DNA from: Sminthopsis crassicaudata
Taxonomy: Eukaryota
DNA length: 64,000 nt
NCBI RefSeq assembly: GCF_048593235.1
Contig: NC_133618.1
Span: forward strand, 656,220,361 to 656,284,360
Direction of reading: 5' to 3'
Numbering within the stretch: position 1 is the stretch's first letter; each line of letters begins with the position of its first letter. The notes below the pieces were generated by a model that had not been told where the DNA came from, made no database searches, and saw nothing but the letters and a program-made list of their open reading frames with translations. Shown in pieces: positions 23,493-36,000 of the stretch. Position numbers and translations under genes: made by a program.

Positions 23493-25756
23493 CTGGGAAT
23501 GTAAAATGAGGGTGATAATGAGTTAGATGATCTCCAGCTCTAAATCTTTGGTCCTAAGAAGTGTTCATTATCAAAAATCAGTCTCTGGGGAAATTATGGC
23601 AACACAAAAACAGATATACCAATACATTTTTAATTAATCACATTTATGTGATGTCCTGGCCACAAAAAAGTTTTTTTTCATAGGCAAAGAAAATACTCTT
23701 GACGCTCTTCTCAGACATGTCTATCTCCATTTTACCATTAATATACCCGATTGCCTGTCCAAAAATACATATAAAAATATTTGAGAAGTATAAAAGCATT
23801 TTATTACAAAACTGAACCTGAGATTATAATATAAAATAATTAAAGTCATGATAATGAAGGCAGTACTTACTGCAAAGCAATCTGAAATGACACTGATTCC
23901 AAGGCAGACCACATAACTAGTAAATCTCTAACTGTGCAGGAGACAAATCTGAGATCAGGTTTATGCTCTATTGTTGAAGGCAACTAGTAAATCAGGAAAA
24001 ATAACTAGCATTTCAAGTCCTCAAAATGGGATAAAGTTCACACTGGCCTGGTCCTCCATAGGGAAAGTGAAACCCTCACAAGAACTCACTAGTGTTGTCC
24101 CACTCCACTTTCACTAATTTCCACACTGGCCACATAAAATGGTCAGTGCTATGCTTTCTTTCCTATGTATTATTAGCAGTGAGTAAAATAGAAAAGCTAC
24201 GGAAGATTCCCTAATGATTGACCCACTTGGTACAACTGTGCTGTTACACACTTGTATAATTAGAAAGGATAGTAGGGATGAATGTAGCACCTTCCCTACC
24301 ATCCTAATAAAAAGCATCTGTCCTTTATTATTGCACATCATGTAAATACCAAACTAGTTTTTGTCTCTGTTTAATATATGTCCTATATTATATGTCTGTT
24401 TCTAAAGTTGTAAATTCACAGGGTATGGGCTACCTTTAATTTCTTTTGTTACTGCCCAGATTAGTGCCAGTTTTAAATGGGAAACTAGTAAAAGCTTTGG
24501 TTAATGGTAATTTCATTTCCTTTGAATCGCCTTTCCTTATTGAGCTTTCTGATAGAATGCCCAAAGACAGCTTACACAGCTTTTTTTGTGTGCACTAATG
24601 TGTGAAGACTCATAGCTTTTCTAAGCACCAAAGAAAATTCCTTTTTATCACTTCAAGATACAGTTAGTGCTAGAAGACTTAGGCTAGCAAAAGGAGGGAC
24701 AAATTTCAGAAAAGATTTTGATAATACTGGTGAGTGGATGTGTAGGGACCATAGCTTCAAGACTGATGGCATGAAAGCTATCAAATACAAGGATAAATTC
24801 ACTAATGAAGACGCACAAAAATCTTTTGTGTCTGTGGCTAGGATTCAATGGACATTTGCTCTGTTGCCCTAGAAAAGGCCTATAGTCTTCCTGCCCAGAG
24901 GAAGTCAGGCTGTGCATACAACAAACCACAGTGATTTAAGTGGGTTTGGCTGTATCCCCAATGCTGACTGACTATAGCTTTTTATTTACCCAGCCACTTG
25001 TGGTGACCATCTCTTGTCTTCTCATCCCCCATTAGCTTGGTGCTTTGGCTTTATTCCATTCTGAATAGCTAGCCTGAATAAATGCATTGTCAATAGATAT
25101 GTTTCCACTTCTTAACACCGTATGGCTGGGAGAAGACAAAACTTTTCACCTGAAAGCAGCAAACCAAACCATCCCATCCACTTGGAATGGAATATGCTTT
25201 AGAATGTAAGGTATTCAAAAGATAGCATCTTTAGTATCCTTTCCATGATTCTTTAGAGAAGAAAATGACTTTGCAGCATGCAAAAATGTAACAAAAAATT
25301 TGCTGAGCAGCAGGCAAAAGCAGAAGGCCATGTATTGCCAACAAAAGATTGTTTTTTGGTTGACTGGTTGCCTCTTTGTATATCTTAATGTTACAGAGAC
25401 TCCAAGAAGATTCTCTCCACTATATTATCTAAAGCAGAGTAATATTGAGGAAGGAACTTTCAATTGAGGCTCAGAAGATCCAGTTTTAGTCTTTCACTAA
25501 CATACTCTAAAATTGGGCTTATTTCACCTAACCCTCGATTTTTCAATTTGTTTAAAAAAATAAGTATGGCTATGGAGGGCAGGGAGAGGTTATTAAGTTC
25601 CTTACAATTCTAACATTTTAGACTTAGGGATGTTAGCATAGATCTGATCTGAGAAGATGAAAAGTTTGGAGAACTGAGTCGTCATGGCCATTTAACCCTA
25701 GGGATCAGTTCTCTAAATAAAACCAGTCAGAGTGCAGCTTTCACCTTCCACCAGTA

Positions 25757-25863
25757 TGCCATAGAATAAACAATTCTGTTTTCTTCTTCCTTGAGAGGGT
25801 AGAGGGACTTTTCTGGAAACCATATGCTAAATAGCCTGACAGTATGAATCTGAGGGGGATGTG
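25757..25863. repeat. Copy B of the ~108-bp direct duplication (proximal FUT11 3' UTR)
   Basis: Aligns to 23384-23492. Begins ~72 nt after the FUT11 stop on the minus strand. Confidence 0.9.
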
Positions 25864-25935
25864 TGTCCCTTTAAGTCACAAAATAGAAAAGATTCTATCT
25901 CCTCCCAGACTCTTTCCCACCTCAGCCAAGGGCAC

Positions 25936-28730
25936 TCATGTAGGCGGCTGAAGATGCTGGTTCCTTCGGAGGAAGATGTCATGCATGTAATCCCAAAACT
26001 TCCCATGGTGTGTCTCATTGTTGTGGATCATAGTGGTGAGGGCCTCACCCTGGTCCAGGCCTTGCCAATAATCCTGCAGCCACATCTCTTTCCAGCTGAA
26101 ACATCAAAGGAGAACTGAATTATGGAGTTATTGGTAGATTAGAATCATAGCAGTGGAGCTAGCCAGTGAGTACCTAAGTTAATACTAGATACACATTGGT
26201 CTGGTCCAGAAAGGTAGAAAACCCAATATCAGTAGGAAAATCACCTGAAGTCATCCACATGGCCTGAAATCCCTGAAACATGCAAAAGAAAACACCCACA
26301 ATCACACAGCAGAGCAGACTGGGTGTCCTGGCAAACCAGGTGGAACTGGGTTATGAGAGGTGTGCTTGCTTTCCCAAGGACCTTGGTTTTTCAAAATGCT
26401 TTAATTCCAAGTACCTGTCCCCTGTGGCTTGTTTTCCTCAATCGTTCACGCCCAACTGTCTACCCTTCCTGTGGTCCATCCTAGCATAGAACTAAGTATA
26501 CAGTAGTGACAAGACAAGACCTTTGGACTTAGAAGCCCCTCCACTCTTCAATCATCAGTAACAGCTTCTTAAAACCAGTCCTCACCTGCCAGTAGCTGCC
26601 CAAGGCAGTAGCCACCCACATAGTACCAAGGGAGACTTTACTGTGACATTGTGGAGTAGTCCAGCACTAGCCGTTCCTTAGCTGTGACCTTGCCTCTCAA
26701 GTGCTTGTTTAATATGGGTAGCATCTTGTTCTCAGCATCCCAAGTTCCCTCCACGTGGCCCTTACATTTTCCCACCCCATCTCAAGTCCATGTTATCACA
26801 TGACCAAAGGAGCAGTGGCCTCACAATTGGGTCTTCCTGCTCGCTCTGCTCAATACAGCTACCAGATTCTCCTTTTGTAAACTGTTGCTTGGATCACTTT
26901 CCGGCCCAAAGCCCTTCCAGGACCCATCACAACTGAAGAGCAATAGGCCCGATACTGACCAAGCTTGGAATCCCCTCTCTTCTCCCACCTCACCCCTCAT
27001 CTAGCTCCAAAAATCCCCCTTAAAGCCCCGTGCCAAAGGGATCTCCCCTCCCTCTTCTGAGCCTGGAGAGTCCCCTCTCACCTGTCATTCTCGGGGATCT
27101 CCTCCAGCCGCCCAAAACCGGGGCTGGGTTCAGGGCAGGCCATGTGGGAGTGCTGAGCAATCCGGAGAGGCGGTGGTGGGATGCGGCCGGGGTCGGCCTC
27201 GTGGGCCCTCTCGGCGGCCAGCCTGGCCAGCTCGTGGTCACAGACATAGCACTCGAAGCCCTCCAGGTAGCTGGGCTGCCGGGGGTCGTTCACCCCCCAC
27301 TCGCGCTGCTCGAGGCTGTCCAGAAGGAGCGGATTAGTGATGCCCCCGGGCTGCTTATAGGCCAGGTACTGGGCGTACTCGGCATCGTTCCGGTCCAGAA
27401 AATCAATGAAAGCGGCCAGTTGCTGCGGCGACTCAAAGTCGTCCACCAGGATGATGGCACGCTCGTTGGGCATCCAGTCGCGCACGGACGGAGAGCCGCG
27501 ATACACGGGCACGGCCCCCAGGTGCAGCGGCCGCCAGAGCTTCTCCGTCATGTAGTCCTCGCAGATGGCGTTCTCCAGGGCCAGATGGAACTTGTAGCGG
27601 GCCAGGAAAGCCAGGAGCTCGGGGTCCTCCGACGTGGCTGTGGCAGTGTCGCGCAGCCGGGCTGGCAATTCCCGGTTCTGCAAGCATTTGCCGTAGGAGT
27701 CCACCTGAGGGGCGGTTAGAAGCTTAGGGCCGCCCCCCCTTCCCTCACGCCCTCTCCGCTGGCCCTGCCCCCAAGACCGCCTTCTCCCTCCCCTCTTCTC
27801 ATTGACCACGCCCCCAAACCGCCCTCTTCACTGGCCCCGCCCTCAAGATAGCTTTCTCCTCCCTCACTATGCTCCCCACGCCCCCAAACAACCTCTCTTT
27901 GCCGGCCCTGCCCACTCCTCTCCAGCCACGCACGTCAAGACTCCCGGACATTCCACACTCCCGGGCACCGCCCTTCTCCTCCCGGATTCAGCCTCCCTCA
28001 GAACCACCCCCTCTTTTCACTGAGCCCGTCCCCGGAACCGCCCCTCATCTAGTTCCCTCACAGGAATGTAGCGCATGAGCTCGCGCACATAGCGGTCGCG
28101 ATCCGAAGGCACGTCGCAGTGGGATTGTAGATAAAGGAGCGGTGCGTAGCCGCGGCGGCGCCAGGCCGCACGCTCCTGGAGCGCAGGCGCAGCGCGGCGC
28201 AGGTAGGCGATCCCCGGGAGCCACTGCAGCGGCAGCGGATAGTCTGAGCGGCGGCTGAAGGTGGCGCTGAGGTTGAAGAGGCTGATGCCGGGAGCGTGGC
28301 TTAGAAGGAAATTATTGAGCGGCGATTCCTCATGTAGAAGCGCCCAGGTCTGATAAGACAGGCGGGGTAGCGGCGCCTCGGAAGCGCGGAAGTCGGTACC
28401 GTAGAAGAGCAGCGCGCGTGTGCGCGTCTCCCGCCATCGCCGTCGGTCCCGGGAGGCTATGCACGCGCCGCGCGCACACTCGATGCGCTCCGAGTCCGCA
28501 GGGAAGTGGGGGAACAAGCCGGGACTCCACCACAACAAGACGGGTAGCTGGCCTTCGTCGGGCTCCCGCGTCCCCGAACTTCGTGCCACTCCCACCGAGC
28601 CCAGCGCCGCCTGCGGCTGGAACACCGAACCTGCCCAGGGCTCCGCCCATTCCTCACCCCCGGGTTCCGACTCGCCCCCGCCCACCCAGAACATCAAGGC
28701 GGCAGCCAGCGCCACGCCGACGCCCGCCAT
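25936..28730 (-). CDS. FUT11: Fucosyltransferase 11 (GT10 family; reported to act as a protein O-fucosyltransferase), 483 aa
   Basis: Exons 28730-28062 (669 nt), 27704-27082 (623), 26095-25936 (160, TGA). ATG in strong context (ggcATGG). Motifs [37 protein letters not shown] and [19 protein letters not shown]. Confidence 0.96.
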
Positions 28731-28870
28731 GCCTCCTCCCGGCCTCGGCCTACCGGCCTCAACACCAGGCGGGGAAAGATCCTCTACACGCATGCGCAGC
28801 TCTTCGCAACCAGAGCCCGCCTCTTCCACTCTAGAAGTCCGAAGAGGAGGTGGGACCAAGAACCAGGCGA
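27100..28870. promoter_or_regulatory. FUT11 CpG island covering promoter and exons 1-2
   Basis: Dense CpG. NRF1-like CACGCATGCGCA at 28787-28798. Confidence 0.8.
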
Positions 28871-28885
28871 TTGAATACGTCTTAA

Positions 28886-28896
28886 TTTATTTTATT
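28886..28896 (-). terminator. SEC24C polyadenylation signal (overlapping tandem AATAAA)
   Basis: Minus strand reads AATAAAATAAA at the end of a ~1.1-kb 3' UTR, in an AT-rich island just before the FUT11 CpG island. Confidence 0.8.
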
Positions 28897-29979
28897 TCTT
28901 TACAAATTAAAGATGCATTGAAAAAATAAACCAATGAGGAGAAGTGAGAGGCCCAGGCGTCCCGGGATGGGGGGCAGAGTCCAAAGGGGAGCCAGGCCCA
29001 CCCACCTCCAGCTCAGTGCCTGCCCTGGGACCCGGCCTGTTAAAAGGTTCAGCTGTCCTAACGGGTCAGTGCCAGCAACCGTGGTGTGGGGCAGGCCTGT
29101 CCATCGGGCTTCTCCAACTCCAGCCCCGGGGGTGAGGGGGGGGGGAGAAAGGTGTATGGGAAGGCGGGGGCCGGGGCAAGGCTGCGGGTCAGGGCCAGGA
29201 GGGTTGGCTCTGTGAGGTATTGCAAGTTGATGACCAGGCTCCCTACAGAACCATCCAGTGTGAGACACCCCCATTGCAAAGGGGCTCGCTGACAGGCCCC
29301 CAGCCCTCATCGTTCTCGTCCAACTCCAAGAAGGGCCCAGGGGTCTCCACCCAGAGGGAACACCAGCCTGGGGCCAACTCCTCCCCCCAGCCTCACCTCC
29401 TGTCCCCCAGGGTCTGCTACTCCCCCAGGCCCAGGGGCCTCGGGCCACCCCAGAAGCACTGGAGCCCCCCACCCCCAGCTCCTGTGCCCCCTACATTTCA
29501 TCCCTAATATAGGAAGTCACTGAGAGGGCTGCACCAACTAGAAGAAGAAAGCCCCCAGCCCTCTCTTCTGTCCCGTGGGACCCCGGCCCAACCCCCAGGA
29601 GGCCCAGCCCACCATTCACTCCGTTGGCCCCCTCTCTTGACTTAGAGGCTGGCCCAAATGGACACAGAGCATTCCCAGAGTTTGGGTGCCTCTGCACCCC
29701 CAACACTGAGTCACACACAGTGAACTGAGAAACTACATTCATTATGACAGGGTTAGCAGGAAAGAGGGGGATAGGAGTACCTGCCAGCAGCAGGACATAG
29801 TTGAGTGGTGAGACACTTGGACCCAGAGAGGGGCTCCCCATCCCCTCCCCCACCCTCCTGAGACTGAGGGGATCTCTGCTTACGTGACTTATAATATATG
29901 CAACTGTCCAGATTTCCCTGCTGTCCTGGAGGACTTGTGGGGAGCTGGCCTGGAGCCCTCTGCCCTGCACCCTCTTCCT

Positions 29980-32900
29980 CTAGCTCAGTAGCTGCCGGAT
30001 TTCCTTGTGCATGTGACACAGAAAGTCTACATAGGATGCACCCCCATTCAGGCTCTTGTCCTCCACCAAGAAGTGCTTGAACAACATCTCCAGTTTGTCC
30101 TCTTGCTTCACCACGATGAGCTGATGCCAGAGCAGAGATTACATGGGAGGATGGTAGAAACAAACCAACCCAACGTCCCTCCTCCGCCATCACTCCCCAG
30201 ATCATCCTTGGCCCCATAAGACCTTAGGAAGTGAAGGATACAAGGAAACTTGGGAAAAGACCAGTACCTTCATGTATCGGGATCTCTGTGCACGGAAGCT
30301 ATCAATGAGGTCACGCACCCTTTTAGACAATGGGTTCTCCAGGACTGGCAGGGCACTCTAAGGAACAAAGAATCAACAATTTCCCCTATGGCCAAGTCAT
30401 CATATCTCAGCCCTGTCCTCAATACAGACCCATGAAGGAAAGACTGCCTCTCTAATCCCTGGAAAAGACCAGCAGGTCCCTGAAACTCCCTTTGCTCATT
30501 AACATTACCCACAACCCTCTCTCCCCCTCCCAGATTCCCTGGAAGCCCAGTCCCTCACCAGGCCACTGTTAATCTGGCTGAAGGAAGGGACGCTGAAGAG
30601 GCTCTGGACAACACCTTGCTGTACACTGGCCCCAACCCAGAGGAAAAGGTTAAGCCCATTCTCCAGTAAGTACACGTCTCCCTTGCTGAGGCGCTCCTCA
30701 GAGGCCCGGATGGCTGGTGGTTCTGCACTGCTTTCCACTGGAACCTTTGTCTGGATTGGGGAAGGGAAAGAGGATCAGACTCTCAGAACCAATAAAACCC
30801 TAAACAAGATAATGCCAACCTGGCTCTTGGCTTCTCATTGGTGTTGACCACTTTCCCCTCTCCACCCCCCAGCCCCCCAGTTCACTTTCTTCCTAGCAGC
30901 AGCTCATACACCAATCCTCATCCTCACCAGCGGCAGGAGTCGAGGATAGAAGAAGACGTTGGTTTCAGCCACATCCATGGAAGTGACCAACTGCCGAACA
31001 TAGGCCCGGTCATCAGTGGTGACCTCGGCCCCTGGCTGCAGGACATCACTCTTCAGCACACAATTCAGGTAAACAGGGAGAAGCTTCATGCACTCTGGAA
31101 GGATGAGCTGAGGGAGGAAAGAGGAGGAAAACTGAGGCACTCTGGGTGAATTCCTCTCAAAACCAGCCTCGGCTTCCTCCCCTCTTTTCATCACCTCTGC
31201 AGCACAACATAAGGTCCACTCCCAACAACACACTTGCAATCACCCCTTGTTCCCAAACCTGTCCAGCAGAAGAAGGGCTGGCACAGTTCTTTCGGTAACA
31301 GGCCAAGATCTGGGCACACTGGCTGATGAGAGCATCACGTACTGTCTTCACAGGACTACTCAGGACCCCCCGGTATGCTGAGAGAGGAAAAATGCAAAAT
31401 AAATAATTACAAGTCACCCTGCTATAAAAAGACATGAATAGTAACAACTAACATTTACATAGTGCCTTAAAAGTTTTCAAATGTATTACAAATATCATAT
31501 TGCTTTATCCTCACAACAACCCTGAGGAGTTCAGCTATTCTTATCCCTTTTAAGGATAGAGAAACTGAGACAGAAGAGGTTGGGGGAGTGCCCACGGTAC
31601 TCATTTCACATTCATCTCATCAAACCTAAATAGACAGACCTCTAAGTCCTGTCCCCCACTAGTCCTTGCCTACTCAAGTGCCCATCTCTCACCAAACTTG
31701 GCCAGGTAGTTGATGAGCGTGTCAGTCTCACAATTCCGATACAAGTCAGCCAGCTGGGTGCAGCAGTTCAGTGACAGGTTGTGAATGCGGAGTCTCCGCT
31801 GTCCGGCACAGCTGGTATAGAGCAGGGCACACTGGACAAGCAGATATGATCAAGAGTCAGGAGGAACCTGTGCCTTTTCTCCTCCCACCCCCACTCACCT
31901 CCTTCTCCCTCCTCTCCCTTCCCCTTCCCACACAGCAGAAGGATTTGGGAGGGTGAAGAAGTTAGTATGGACCTGTGATGTCATTGGCCTATGTAAGGAA
32001 TCTGGCATCAGCAGCAATTCTGCCAATTCTGGCCAAATGACTACTAGAATGGTGTGCTCAGAGTCACAGAGCCACCATTAACACAAATGGAACTCCCAGA
32101 ATGGCTGCTCACATAGAGAGTCACTGTCATTTCCTTGCGAAGTTTCATTTTCTAACCTGGATGAGGGCTCCACTATCTTCACTGAGGCGATCATCATGCT
32201 TGAATTCTACAGTCACCGTCTTGTCTCCATCCAGACCTGCCAGCTCCACATCTGTCGTGTTGCTCATATAGAAGGCCCCAAAGAAATCTGTAGCCCGGAT
32301 ACCTGAGACCACAAAGACAGGGCCAGGACAAAGGCCCTATGTCACAGCAGCTCTGTAAACCTCACCTGAAACCTCCCTCCTTTATAGGTTTCCTCTTGTC
32401 CCAGGACCAACCAGTGCTCGTCCGGACCCGCATCACAGCATCAAAGCCGACGTCCTTCTGTACATCCCGACGCAGGTCACTGAGGAAGCGCTCCTGGTCA
32501 CTTTCCACCTGCAGTTTCCCAGGTCTCAAGTCATATTGCTGATTATCTTCCATCCACCCACCAGATACTTCCATGAACTACTCTCCTCCCAGGCCCCTCA
32601 AGACAAGACACTGTCATCAGACACAGTCTAGGTAGGATGGAAATTCCCAACTCTGCCACCATCTTTGCTATTGATTTGAATGTTCACAATCCATACCTGG
32701 AAGCAAGCATACTTGTAGATGGAGCCACCAGTATGGTGGGGTACTACCCCAAGGGTGGCCACATCTACATACTGGTTAGGAAAGAGAAACAGGTCCACAC
32801 AGCATCCCTGGGCCACACACTCCTTGGCCAGGGACTGATAGAAGCCCGTTTGTGGCTGGAATAGAGTCTGGGAAAGGAGAGAAAGAGACAAAGTTATGAT

Positions 32901-33000
32901 CAATAAATACTTCAATATTTACTGAGTATTGTGTAAGATACAAAAAAATGTATCATGTCTACAAGAAGCTACTATGAATCCCAGCTTATTTCTGTTTTTT

Positions 33001-33032
<32 letters not shown>

Positions 33033-36000
33033 AGGCTGGGGTTAAGTGACTTGCCCAGGGTCACACAGCTGGAAGTGTTAAGTGTCTGAGACCAGATTTG
33101 AACTCGGGTCCTCCTGAATTCAAGGCTGGTGCTCTATCCACTGCGCCACCTCCAGCTTATTTCTGAAGAAGGGCGAAAGGCTAAGTGAAAGACAGGGAAA
33201 GTGCCAAGAGAAACACGGTCAGTAGGGATAAAGAATGGTCATCTAAGCCCTTGCCCCACTCCACCTTCTCCTTGTCAGTGTTAAGCAGCTTCCTGTCATC
33301 TCGGTTCTTCAGCTTCCCTGGGGCCTCTGCAATGGGTAGAGATGTATGGAACAAAAACAGCTTCCCTGGACACTCAGCAGCCTGTAGTTGAGGCAGGAAG
33401 GAGAGCCATGAACAGCTACTAGGCAAATGCTTCTTTTTAGTAGCTAATATCTGAAGGGGCTGGAGTCACACATGACATGCTCTATCCTAACCACCCCATT
33501 ACAGTGCTGTGCCTACCTTCAGGGCTTCCATTCCAGCCTGAATCACAGGAGCAAAGACTGTCTCTGTCTCCCTCGTATCTGCAAACATTTCTGGAATCTG
33601 GTCCAGCAAACTGAAGGAGTATGAAAAGTCAGTCTGAACATTTCCCTCCATCATCTTCCTACCCATCCAGGGCCCAACCATCAAACCTTCCAACTGCATA
33701 CTATACTCCCAATTACAATTCAATCTAGCATGTGTTAAATGTAAAGCACTATGTAAAGTAATGGGGATATAAACAGAAAGTAACACAGGTCCTGCCCTCA
33801 GGAAACTTACCATCTATTAAGAAAATTAAGAAATGAATTCAATTAATTATAAGGACAGAATATAAGTACCAAAGAGAAGTTGAAAGGACAATGAGAAATT
33901 TGAAAAGAGAAGTCTCAGCTTGTTGCAAGAAAGGGAGGAGAAGGTCCCAGAAGTAGTGAGTTACAGGAAACAAAAAGTTTTTATGAGGCGTGGAGGTTCC
34001 TAGAACAGGAGTATTGTTTGGCTGGAACAGCCTCTGTGTCACAGGTAGAAATGGAGGATGGAGGAGTTTTGAGAAGCAGGCTAAGTTCTTATTTTATTTA
34101 GGAGGCAAAGGGGAGCACAGAAGTTTTTCAGCAGGAAAACTTAATTGGAGGAAGATGTTCAGAAGATTACTTAGGCAACAATGTGAAGGATGAAAGCAGA
34201 ATCCCACCAGAGACCCTGGGAGACAAACCCAAAGATCTCCCTAGAAAACTGCTGCCTGTTCCCTTCCCTCTCTCAGCCTCCATCCTAAGTTACTGTGACC
34301 CCAACAGCTGGCCCAGGATCCCACCTGGTGATGACTGTCCGGGACTCACTGACGTTGACCAGGAAGCCATCCAGCAGCGGCACAAACATGTCAGCCACAT
34401 CGGACACCACCATCATCTGGGGCTGGGCCAAAGAGCTCTTCACGTTGTAGAAGTGCAGCACTTTGTTGTAAGTAACAAAACCGACGCGGACAGCTGACTC
34501 CTCGGCCCCGCCCTCCCTGTAGGAGGGGACACTCAGCAGATGCTCCCTTCCATCTACGTGCCAGACACCCCATCATCCAGAAGGTTGTCAGGCCAGTGGT
34601 CACCTTAGCAACCTGGCTATCCCATGATCCCGGAGAGAAAGGAAGAAATTAGGTCCCTCACCTGGGCAGGAAGTCCAAGAGCGATTTGAGCTCCTCACAG
34701 AGGAGCTTGACAAGGCCACTTCTCACAGCATTGTAGGAGACATCAATCATGAAGATGAAGGCAGGGGGGCGAGGGAACTTGTTATTCTGAGGTAGAAACA
34801 GCATGAGGGAAAGGAAGCGTTATCAAGAGGCTGACAGAGAGTCAGGAGGACAAAACAGAAAAGGAGAAGGAGGGGCCCAGACAGAGTCCGCCTCTGACCT
34901 CACCTTGCAGTAATCCACAGTAGCCAGGAATTCATAAGAGCCCAGGGAAAGTTCAGGCCGATCATAAAAGTCCACCCGTTTACCAGTGTGATCCAGGTGT
35001 TGGAAATACTGGGGAGGAACTGTTAAAGGGGATGACGGAATGTTACCAAAAAAAACTATTTTGTCAACTTCCATGAATAAAGAAAGGGGTAGCCTATACT
35101 GAAGCTCAGACTTCAAACTCTTAGCTTCACTTCTATATGTTCTCATTTTCCCAATATCCTTTAGATGGAGCAATCAATGACTGCTGTATCCCAAACATAT
35201 CTCTCTACCCCCCCCCTCCATAGACTGACCTTCAGTAACACAACTGCAAAAGCAGCACTGGAAGCGCCTCCCGCCTTCAATAAACTGCATAAAGGGGCAC
35301 ATGTAGGCTTTGCAACGATTGCAGCGCACAGGGCCTGATTCCCCATGATCCACCACATATGGAGGGGCCTAGGGAAGAGAGGGGAGGAGCTGAGACACAG
35401 GGAAACTAGGGTGGGTCAGGTCATCGGATAAGGGAAAGGAAAGACGACTTGGGGATGGGAGAAGGCAGAGATGGAAGAAGGGAAAAAGGGAAGGGAGCAA
35501 TGGTCACAGGAAATATGTCCCTCAAAGTATGAATACTGTAATCTCCCCCATCCCTAAATATAAATTCTCTCCTTAGTGAGTTGAAGACTGGCTGTACTCA
35601 ATGTATGTAGTTGAGGGCTGTAACAGAAACTAAGAAGGAAATTCCCAGCTTCTTCTGAAAACTTTTACTTCAGACCCTGTTTTCATTCCTCACGCTCAGA
35701 GCTGAAGATTCCTTGCCCTCTATCCTTAACTCCTCCTAAATATGTGAGATTCCTGCCCTCCCCTGAAGTATCTGTAACTTCTGCCCTCCACCATTCCTAA
35801 GTATCAGTGACTCCTGTTGTTCCCTTAGGTTGATGAACACCAGCAGGTGAAGATCCTCCAGCCAAGCACCTAACTATCTCCTAAGATGTGACAGAGACAT
35901 CAAGTAACACAGAAATGGGAAGTAGGGGTCTAAATCTTCAGCCAACTCAGTGTAACCCTTCCAAAACCAGATGGATCAGGATAGGAATAGTCATCAATTT

